DNA of 63,999 nucleotides, filler included, from It is 13 parts of 13 records of this genome, joined end to end, with 100 filler letters (N's around TTAATTAATTAA, not from the genome) between each part and the next. Parts side by side here need not be neighbours in the genome. Positions count along the whole stretch, not along the records: positions 49,120 to 56,207 come from SRR7504441_1952; positions 56,308 to 60,877 come from SRR7504441_1954; positions 60,978 to 63,999 come from SRR7504441_2166; 10 more parts are not named here. One strand, 5' to 3'. Shown piece by piece: positions 54,167 to 63,999 of this stretch (position 1 is its first letter; each line of letters starts with the position of its first letter). The notes under the pieces were generated by a model. It saw only the letters and a program-made list of their open reading frames with translations, ran no database searches and was not told where the DNA came from. The position numbers and the translations under genes were made by a program.

Positions 54167-56124
54167 ATGCGCTGTCGGAGTCTCGCGGGGGTGAGGCTGG
54201 CGGGGCTGCTGGCGGCTGCGGCGGTGCTCTGCTGCCTGGCCGGGCTGCTCTGGCCCCTGCAGCCAGCCGTCGGTCGGCCCGCGCTCCCGGCCAGCCGTCC
54301 CGCCCCGATCACTCCCCCGGCTCCCCAGCCGGCCCGGGTCGCCCTCAGGACCTCCCGCCGGGCCCCGGTGCACCGGACCGTTGAGCCGGCCGGCGGGGGG
54401 GCGTGGCGCAAGGGGGCGCTCGAGCAGAGGGCGCGGCGGGGACTGCGGTACACTGGGGAGACTCTGGCCCGGCCGCGCTGGGTGGTGGACGTGTTTCTCT
54501 TCGGGGGGTCCGAGGCGGGTCTGGGGCGAGGGCGGGTCGAATGGCTGGCAGGTGGACACGCTAGAGATGCGGCTGCTGGAGCTGTACGACGTGGTGGACG
54601 AGCTGGTGCTCGTAGAGTCAAACCTCGACCACAAGGGCCAGCCCGCCCCGCCGCTGGCCACCCAGCTTCTCAGCACCGACCGTTTAAGCGGTTCCGGCCC
54701 AAGACCCACGTGCACACTGTCATACAGCAGCCGGCCCCGGCCGGCATGGCGGCGTTCCACTACGAGGCCGAGAAAGAGAGGCTTTGTGCCGAGATGATCC
54801 GGCAGCGTGAGCGGCAAGACGACGTGGTGCTCTTTGGGCACGTCGACGAGATCCCCAACAGAAACGACGTGAGTCTCCTGCCGCTGTATTGTGTGAGCGC
54901 CGGCCCAGGTGTGGCGACTCAAGCACTGCGGGACTTCGGAGCCAATATCGCACGTTTTACCAGGCAACTTTGGGCTGTGGTGCGCGCACTCGCGCTGTGT
55001 TTGGGGAACTGCGGTCCAGGTGTCCGCTGGGCGACCTTACTCGAAGCTACATATCGGACTATCCGGCGCTCGGTCTCGGACACAAGCACTCGCTCGGTCC
55101 CCCCCCTGCTACCTGGGCAGGCTCAGCAGGAGGCAGGCGATCCCGCTGTGTTTAGTGTGTCGCAGACGCCCGACAGGTCCCGGGCCGCTGTGATATCATA
55201 TGAGTCTGAGCCAGGCTGGTGGCCCGTGGCCGGCACAAGACTGTGCTCGGGAACGGCTTCCACGCCTCGGGGTACTGCTTTGCGCCCAATTACCTGCTCA
55301 AAGCACACCAGTGCTCAGAGTGCAGGCACGACTTATTCAATCAGCTCAGGCTCGACTCCAACTGCGTAGCCACTCTCCGACTCAAATGCGCCGAATCCAA
55401 CCTCCAAAACATCCGCGCCAACAGAGTCGTCCCCATCGCTGCGCTGCCCGAGATCGACTTCCAGGTGGTTTGTGTCCGCTCGTCCGCTGACCGGGCCGCA
55501 GGCTCCGTGGGCGCTCGATCAAATGCCAGATCGCTACCCGGCATGGGCCGGCAAGCCAGACAGCCGGCTGCTTGATCGGCCGCCACCGCCGCCCAGCCCT
55601 CGGCCTGTGCCGCAGTTTGTCGGCTGCTTTGCAGACGGAGTGCAAGGTGAGCGCGATTTGCCGTACTCACACGCAGGGTCGTTGGAGACTGTAAGCCTTC
55701 GAGAGTGCGACCAGATATGCCGGCAGGCTGGGTATGAATACTTTGGGCGGACGTTGGGTGGACGGGGGAGGCAGTTGAGTGTAGAGCAGTGCTGGTGTGG
55801 CCATTCTCATGGGGCGCACGGGGCTGCGACCGGCTGTGCTTGCGAGGCGGGCGGCTTGCACGGTGCCCTGCCCTGACAGGACCGGCTAACCGGAGGACAG
55901 TGCATAAAAGTTGTGTCTACAAGGTGTCGAGAGACGCACCACAGGAGCGCGAGGAGAGGGGCGAGCGGTTCTGCGGTGAGCTCCGGGATGTCTTGCAGAG
56001 TGGCAACTACAGTCAAACCATTGCAATGCTGCGCAAGTGGGCCAGCAGCCCGTTGCCGGCGGTTAGCTTGGAGCCTCCTAGTCTTCCCCAGCGGTGCCCT
56101 GCAAATCTGCCAGCTACGCTGTAG
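54167..56124 (+). CDS. Glycosyltransferase family 17 (MGAT3-like) fused to a WSC domain
   Basis: Type II anchor; VDVFLFGGSE|VDTLEMRLLELYDVVDELVLVES, HVDEIP, GFH; WSC FVGCFAD..RDL..ECDQICRQAGYEYFG..QCWCG. Confidence 0.85.
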
Positions 56125-56207
56125 CTAGCACCCATGTACCAGTAGCACTACGGTAGCACCATGATTCCATGACTTGTGTCGGAGCGGAATTCTGCATGCA
56201 TATGGAT

Positions 56208-56307
56208 NNNNNNNNNNNNNNNNNNNNNNNNNNNNNNNNNNNNNNNNNNNNTTAATTAATTAANNNNNNNNNNNNNNNNNNNNNNNNNNNNNNNNNNNNN
56301 NNNNNNN
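56208..56307. other. Artificial contig spacer
   Basis: N44-TTAATTAATTAA-N44. Confidence 0.98.
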
Positions 56308-56330
56308 TAAACCCGAGCGGAGCAGTTCGA

Positions 56331-59300
56331 TCATTTTGCGCTCTGCTTGGCTCGTGAGCTCGTCGCTTGAGCCGCGACCACCCCAACAATGTCCCGGTCG
56401 GCTTGCTGCAGCGTGGTCTTGAGGCTGACCGTGGTGATGGCCACCCCGTGGTCCTTGGAGAGGCTCGAGCAGTCCGCAGTGAACTTTGGGTCGCAGTACA
56501 CCGCCATCTCAAGGTCGCACGGATCATCCTGGCAGTAGAGCGCCTGAATCAAGTAGCAGCCTTGCTCCTCGTACAGCTCGACCTCGCAGCTGGCGCATCG
56601 CTTGCCGATCTCGCACTTGAGGCTCACCTCCTGCAGCTTGTTGGTGTGCTGGAATCGGAGCAGCTTCGGGTCCTTGCCCTCTCGCAGCGACTGCACCTCT
56701 GCTGAGCTCACCGGAATCGCCACGATGCTCAGCTCGGCGTCGGCAGACCCGTTCAGCCCAGATACCTAGCTCGGCCCGGTGACCAGGCAGCCGGGCGGGG
56801 GCTCACCTGGAGCGTGAGCACGGCGTCGTCCCCCGGGATGACCACCATGCCAGGCTCGAGCAAGTAGCCCACCCTCCCGCTCGCTAGCTGGTGCTTTAAC
56901 CTGCCCAGCCTCGCACACAGAGCGGCCAGCATCCCACCGTGTATCGGCCAGCTTCTGGCCCGGTGCTCTGATGCGCCGGTGCTTGATGTGCATCTGGCCC
57001 GGCTTGAGTGCGAGCGCAAGCTTGGCCCGATAGCTCAAGCTGGACAGCTGCTCGGACAGCTGCTCACTCGCCGGCACCACGCAGCGACACGAGCTGGACC
57101 ACCGATTCCAATAGTAGAGCGAGCCAGCATCGTCACTGCAAGGCACTGTGAGCCAGTGACAATGAGCGGCGCACCGGTTGGTGCCGACCCAGTCGGGGAT
57201 CCCGCATGGCTGCCTGAGCAGCTCGAGCAGCTGGCTGTCAAGGCTGCCTTCTAGCAGCCTCTTGTACGAGCCAGCCAGCTGCAGCCCAGCTCAGTCGCGC
57301 GCGCGAGGGCCAGGCGGGCACCTTGGCGAGTGCCTTGATGAAGAGTGGGACCCAAAATTCATTCTTCTTGGTGTTGGCCGCCACGATCGGCAGCCCGGCC
57401 ACACAAGGGATGTGGTCGTCCAGCAGCACCGTGTTCACTTGGTCGCCCATTGGCAGGTTGAGCTGGTAGACCCCGCTGGAGTGGGTGTCGTGGTCAGTAA
57501 ACCAGCTCGCAATCTGAGCACACCGAGGTCAGGCTCCAAGGGTAAGACTAGCAGTGGCTGATTGCTTGCACACGCTTCTATCTATCTATGGCCTCCTTGC
57601 CAGTTAGCTCGTGGGACCGAGCTGCGTGGACATTGCAAGTCACACTACATGACTACACAGTCAAGGGGTCACCAAGGTTGGATTGGTGTTAATGAACTCG
57701 ACCAGCATCGCGTGCCCGATCATTCCGGCCGCATGTCCACACTCAGCACAGCCCGCCCTCGGCTGATCGGCTGCAAAGAGCATCAGCTTCCGGTTCCTCA
57801 CGATTTCCTTTGGCCGGAGCCACTCCACCTCCTTTGCCAGCAGCATCTGCTGACACGAGCCGCCCACGTCATCCGTGTCCACGTCGCAGCCCAGAAGCGA
57901 GGTCAGGTTACAAGGGAACTCGGCGTCCAGGTACACCTCGACCCCGCCGTTGCCATTACATGCCTGCACCAGCCGTGAGGTTGGCCCGGCCGGTCGGTTT
58001 GTTCACCTGCTGGATCTCGACTGGGTCCTTCAGTTGATTCAGCCACTCTGAGGAGAACAGCGGGGTGTTCGGAGCCGCACCCGCCCCAAGCAGCAAGGCC
58101 AGCTCCGGCCAGCCGTGCTTGATGGCCACCTCACCGGCAGTCTGGCCGTCTTTATCCAGGATATCTGCAGCCCGACCGCATCAAGCCTCAGCGCAGTGAG
58201 AGGTCACCCTTGTGCGGAACGTGCCCACCGTCAAGCATGAGCTTGACCAGTGCTTGATTCCCAGACTTGGCGGCCAGATGCAGCACGGTCTGTCCGTTGC
58301 TGTCTTGAGCATTCGACAGGTGTCGCAAGTCGTCGATCAGGCGCGCGATCTTCTGGTGCAGCTTGAGCCCCCAGATAGCGCACCAGTGCAGCACGGTCCG
58401 CTGCTTTTCGTCAACGATCTGCAGATGGTGGCTTCTGATGTACTGGAATTGGCTCTGGTGCCCAAAGAACGAATACCACCACACTGGCGCCTGCCTGCCG
58501 GCCACCTGGCCCATCCGGACCCCTCGCTCCCACTGCGCCTCCACGAACAGCCCGTTGTACATGTACGAGCCTTGCTTGAGCAGCTGCTGCTTCTGGCGAT
58601 CATGCAGCCGATCCCTTGTTGGATCCCAGAACTGCATCGCACAGGCGTTCATCCGAGCATCAAGTAACAGGTACGGAGCCTCGCGTTGCACGTATTCGAT
58701 CATGAGCTTGCACGTCTCGATGTTGCCACTCGCGATCGCCAGCAACATAGGAGTCTGCCCGGATAGATTCTCTTGCGAGACCTTTGCCCCGGCTTCGAGC
58801 AGCAGCCGACAAGCGCTTGCAACTCCCCTGCAACCCAAAATCAGGGCAAGCTACAGATAAGAATCTATCAGGGGTACCTGAGGCATGCAATGTGCAGCGG
58901 CGTGTCGCCAAAAGCATCCGGAGCCGACACCCACTCAGGATCGAGCGATATCAGGAACGAGAAGAGGCCCTCAACGTCAAACCTGGTACGCTGCTCATTC
59001 CAGCTAACCAGAACCAGGTGAAGCAAAGTCTCGTGGGTGGTCTCGAGTTCGTTGCCCACAGCCCCTTTCTCTATAAGGAAGCGTGCCAAGTGATAGTCGC
59101 CGACGAGGCACGCACTGTGCAGCGGGCCTGCCATCGAGTTGTACAGCGTGCCAAATACCTTCGGGTCGGCGTTGCGATGCACCAGATACCTTGCAATGCT
59201 CTGGTTGCCGGTCTGGCAAGCCGCCTCGAGGGGAGTCTGACCGTTGTACTCTTGGGTGACTGACGCCCCAGTGTCCACCAGCATCTTGACCAGGTTGACC

Positions 59301-60877
59301 GAGCCGTACTGGATAGCGACAAAGAAAAGCTGTGTCCTGATCTCGTGGCTGAACTGCTCGAAGACCTTACTGCCCAGTACTATTTCCATCAGAGAGGCCA
59401 CAATCGGGTTCTGGCCCATTGTCTTCATCAGCTTCTCCAGCACAGTCGGGTGCACTTCAGCAAAAGCCAGAACCAGCTGCTGGAACATTTCTTGCGTGCG
59501 GAACATCTCGGCAGTGTCGTGGGTGTCTGACTTGTCCAGAGCCATGCACTCGTGCAGGATTAGGTCGAACGGCGTGGTCTTGTGAACCGGATTGTATCTA
59601 AGCAAGTCCCCGCCATGCATCAGTGCGTGCGCCGTCAGCGTGGCGTTGTGGCTCTTGATCAGCAGCTCGGTGAACGACCAGCCGTCCGAGATGGGCGCGT
59701 TGACATCAAACTCCGGGTCATGCAACACCACTCTAAGGATCACATCCTGCCACACCTGCTGCTCCTCCTTGCTCCTCCCGCTCATCTGCTGGAGCAGCGT
59801 CACTGCAAACGAGGAGCCCGACTCCATCGTGCCCACCTCCACCAGGAAAGTGGCCACCAGCGCATTCCCGGTGTGGATTGCCTTATCGAGCAGCTCGAAG
59901 CTATCCGGGATCTGGATCTCGAGCTTGCGTGCCAACAGGCTATGCCCGATCGAGACGGCCATTCCTTCATAAAATCTGTGATCAGGGGTGCCCACTTTGA
60001 GGCTGAGCGCCTTCTCAAGGCTGGCTGGGAGCAGCGCCGGGCTGATCTCCTCGCTGCCCTGATTGATCAGCAGCACGCCCACGCTGAGCAGCTTATTGTC
60101 ATAAACATACTCGAGCAGCGGCTTGCCGGCCACCTGGAACCCGCTGGGGATGCCCCAGTGCACGATAAGCTCACGGGCCATCTCCTTGAGAAACTGCTGC
60201 CGCTGTTCGCTGCTCGCGCGCACCTTGTCCGACTCGGCCCGTGTCTGGGCTCCGGACGGCCTGGGCACTGTGTGCAGCAACGACGAGAGCGACACGAGGT
60301 CCCCCAGCTCCTGGATCACTTGCGCCAGCACCCTACCCGAGCCCACCTCGGAGGCTTTGGCCAGCGCGAGCGGCAGCTTGTGCTGCTCGCACTCTGGAAG
60401 CACGAGCGCCTTGCGCAACGTGTCGGCCTGCAGCTCGCTCCCAGGAATCTCGACAGGAGCTGCGTGATCCACGAGCAGCTTGATGCACCGGATCAGGAAC
60501 TCGCGCCGCTTCGGGCTGAGCTCGGTGCCCAGCTCATCGACCATCTTGGGGACATACTCCGAGTCGGTTATCTCCGCCCCGTGCTCGAGCATGTCCTGCA
60601 CAAGCTCGGTGCTCCCGAGCTCCATTGCCAGCTCGAGGGCAACCACTCCGCCATACGAGCCGTTTGGATTGGCACCGTTTTGGAGCATCAGGTGCGCCAT
60701 GCTGGTCAAGAACTGCTCGCGCTGCTCGGTCGCCTTCCGTTGCCGCTCGCGCTCTACAAACTGGTCGTGATCGTTCTTAACGCTCATGATTGGCGCCTGG
60801 CCTGGCGGGTCTGGCTCGCTGGCAGCTGGCGCTTGCTGGATCTTCTGAAGCTCGAGCAGCGCGTTCACAAGCCAGAT
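56331..60877 (-). CDS. Ankyrin-repeat protein with a degenerate calpain (CysPc)-like domain, 5' partial
   Basis: Many ankyrin repeats (GQTPLEAAC, GDTPLHIAC, GQTVLHLAA) spliced to YLDAEFP..EVEWLRPKEI..GVYQL..VLLDDHIP..EFWVPLFIKALAK..GSY. Confidence 0.82.
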
Positions 60878-60977
60878 NNNNNNNNNNNNNNNNNNNNNNN
60901 NNNNNNNNNNNNNNNNNNNNNTTAATTAATTAANNNNNNNNNNNNNNNNNNNNNNNNNNNNNNNNNNNNNNNNNNNN
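60878..60977. other. Artificial contig spacer
   Basis: N44-TTAATTAATTAA-N44. Confidence 0.98.
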
Positions 60978-61060
60978 GAGGCGCTGCGATCACTTTCGAG
61001 ATTCAATCTTTATTGAATGTTCAGCTACTACCGTATCAAGTACATGATGATATGTGCACA

Positions 61061-63964
61061 TCAATTGATGAGATCTTGCAAGTGCCTTGCCACCGTCGCG
61101 TCGACTGCAGCAGCACACTGCTCTATTCGTTCCCAGCCCACGATTTCAGCACACCTGGTAGACCCGTGAGCATCCGAAACTCGGCCGCGCTGAGCATGTA
61201 GATTAATTAAGGCCAAATTTGAGCTCACTGCCGCAACCCGACGGAGACGGCCTGAGAAGCGTCCTGTACTTGAGCCCGCGTGAGTTGTTTCCTCATCCGT
61301 TGGACAGCATTGCCCCCCTCAGCCGCCTGCGATCTGCTTTGATGCATCAGGTTGAGCACCTGCACAAGAATTAGATATGTACTTAGAAAGTATATCATTT
61401 TTGGACAAATGGGCCTCGTTACCTTCACAATGACTTTGCCCAGCAGCGGGGATTGAGCGACTGCTGGCATCTTGAGCAGCACGCTCCCACCTGACCCAAG
61501 ACTCTCCAGCTGATCATAGCCGCAAGCACACCAGCAGCAAGCAAAGCACACTGCGGCCCATCGCAGGCGTCAAGCTGGGCCTCGACAATAGCCTGAGTGA
61601 GCTCAGCGGGGTCCAGCAGCTCGGGTGCAGCCAACAGCAGGCGGGCAGCTATTGCAGCCGCCTCAATGTGTATTGGAGTCACGATTGCTTGTTTCAAGCA
61701 TGATGCAAGTTCTGGTAGCGCAAACTGCGGAATAATGCACACGACTACCTGCACATGAGGCTTTGTTGCAAAGCCTCCGAGCAAAGATCACCTCGAGTAG
61801 GCTGATTGCACATTTTGCGTCGTAGCTAATCTCCCAGCTGACTGTGCCGGCAAACTTGGCAGCCAACTGTAGCATTAACGTCGTGACCGCCGCTTGGCTA
61901 CCTATTTTGGGGTTCAGCCAATCGCAGATGGGTGCTTACATAGCAGAGCCGCTTCGACAGCTTGGAGGCAAACGGATGAACTAGCGGTGTGCTGTGAACT
62001 GCGCCGCACAGGTCAGCCAGGGCATGTTCAGGGGCCACCCTAACTGGACGGCCCAGCGGACTGCGCCCTCGGCAACTAGCTCGCTGTCAGCAGGAGGCCC
62101 GAGGTTTAAACCCAGCTGCCATAGCTGCAGCATCGTTTCGCCTATACTCCCCGAGGAGGATCTCGAGCCCCATTCACGCACAGAGCCGAGAATGCCGGAC
62201 ACGAACTGGAGCACAATTGCCCTGTCGTTGTGCTGCTGGACCACACGGATTGCTAGTTGGAGCAACCTTGTGGCAACTAGATCGATACCATGGACAACTA
62301 GATCGCTCGTGACTAGCCTCGGCAGCGCTTGCACTACCAACTCGCTTCCGCGCCACACCACCCTGCTGGCCACCGGCACCGTGAGCGTGCTGTGTCTCCA
62401 AGCGCTCTGCACAAAACATGGCTCAGCCCGAATTGTTGATGGGGCGCACCAAGCTGGCGATGAGAGCCTCAAGCATTGCCAAGCAGTGCTCGTCATCCGG
62501 ACTGTCTTGCTGCAGGCTACGCAGCAGGCACTGGGCGATTTCAGCATCTAACTGGCCGTCTAGAAGCGGCCTCCGCCGCTGGTTGGGCGCGGCTCTTATT
62601 TCAGGAGCGGCTTGCTGGACTTGCGTCGCAATCGCCGTCACCGCAGCCACTCTCAGCAGCTGGCAGCTGTTGTTGCTAGCGTGGTGTATTGCCAGCGCTA
62701 GCAGCTGAGCGCCCTTGCTTGGCGGAACCACCGCGGCCAATTCCGTACAAAAGCCGAGCGCAGCGGCTGGCAATCGACTGCTGTCCCAATCAAGCACCTG
62801 GTTGTCTCCTTCAAGCAACCTAGGCAAACTGCTGTTGTCCCACTCAAAGCCCGAGTGTGTCAACTGATCTGGACACTCCGCAATCAGCGCGCGCAGTGCC
62901 GTGATGCCGGCCAGGCGGCCGTGGGCCGGGGTGGATGGCTCAAGTGCCCTGCTAGCCACTGCGATGGCAACCGGGTTGGCACGCACTGCAGCAACGAACA
63001 GGGTGCAGCCGGCCTTGCAAAGCGTGTACTCCCCTGGGTCGTCTGACTGCACCGCGATCATTTTCTCGAGCGCCATCCCACACCAACTCTCAAGCATCTG
63101 CACACCGAGAGAGTGCCCATGCGTGCTAAACACTGCTGCGGCCAACAACGAAGCAGCCTCGTACTCTTCGTGCGCGCTGCCGAGGTTGAGCATCAGCCAG
63201 TTCAGCAGTCCAGTTTGGTCGGTCCGCGACTGCGCATGCAGGGCTGCCCACAGCTTGGCCGCCGCTTTGGCACACTCCCGCCTGAGGACTGCCTGCGGAT
63301 TCCCAAGTACCGCCTGGACCCATTCAGCCACTCGGAGCTGCAGCTGGCCCCCGGGGTCGATCGGAAACCCTATCGCCAAATAGCGGAGCGCCTTGCACGC
63401 AGTCAGGGCGGCCCGCGTGCCGCCGCTGGCCAGGGCGTGACCCCAGCGATGGCACAGCACTGGTACCAGGCTGCTCACTAAGGCGGCATACCAGCAGCTG
63501 TGCGGGTCAGTATGGCTCAGCACCCTCTTTAGCACCGCGCACACGCACTCGAGCCCGCAGTCTGTCGGTGCCATCCCAGCCAGCGCCTCCGGCATGCCAG
63601 GCCAGCGGTCCGGCCAGTCGGCCTCGGCTACCACAGCGATTGTCTCCGCCAGGTGTGCGGCCTCCGGCAGTTCCGAGTTGCACTGCTCGACTAGCCAGCC
63701 CCGGCACTGTTCTCGCGTGCCCGCACCCAGCCCGGCCCACCGGCGGGTGACCGCGTTCTTGAGGTAAATCGACACGAGCAGCCACCGGTCCCCGCACTCG
63801 TCCGGCCGCCGGTGCAACCCGAGCAGCGCCGCCAGCAGCTTGCCCGGGGTGTTCTGCTCGGCCTGCCCTAGACTGGCCTCGGCCGCCTGCCGCTCCGGCT
63901 GCGAGGGCGACAGCGCCCCCCCGAGCGCCCCGAGCAGCGCTACGGCGTCGGCCTCGTCGGACAT
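61061..63964 (-). CDS. Importin-beta family karyopherin, divergent importin-11-like
   Basis: IBN_N pattern RQAAEASL...RWLLVSIYLKNAVTRRW...IAVVAEADWPDRWP, HEAT-like helices, and a C-terminal VDATVARHLQ resembling the IPO11 terminus. Confidence 0.75.
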
Positions 63965-63999
63965 CGCAGCGACACCTGCCGGTGGGACTTTTTTGCGAG

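Noticed and set aside
61201-61210. TTAATTAA resembling the linker
   Set aside because: No flanking Ns; it is natural AT-rich, probably intronic, sequence.

Overview
This is eukaryotic DNA, not one chromosome segment. Thirteen short contigs are joined by twelve identical artificial 100-nt spacers (N44-TTAATTAATTAA-N44), so adjacency across a spacer means nothing. The genome is very compact and GC-rich, probably from a flagellated protist; I cannot assign the lineage. About 30 genes can be rebuilt by hand once tiny (mostly 35-47 nt) spliceosomal introns are removed: ASCC3 helicase, ANAPC1, PEX12, ARFRP1, an importin-11-like karyopherin, a PPT2-like thioesterase, a GH33 sialidase, GT61 and GT17(+WSC) glycosyltransferases, MFS and BT1 transporters, HECT and RING-H2 E3 ligases, a coiled-coil PP2C, an ankyrin/calpain-like protein, an OSCA/TMEM63-like channel and a PKD2 fragment. 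Two things stand out. (1) A ~1,350-aa protein (44332-48745, minus) has two clearly duplicated helical domains that resemble the Vip3/Cry/latrotoxin class of pore-forming domains, and lies just downstream of a BspA-type LRR gene. (2) The intron grammar is unusual: frequent GC-AG introns, G-rich 3' ends without a polypyrimidine tract, a GCT(C/G)A branch-like motif, many in-frame stop-free introns, and donor and acceptor ends that are reverse complements (G-TGCC...GGCA-G). Family calls rest on remembered motifs; no database searches were run, and exon boundaries are manual inferences.
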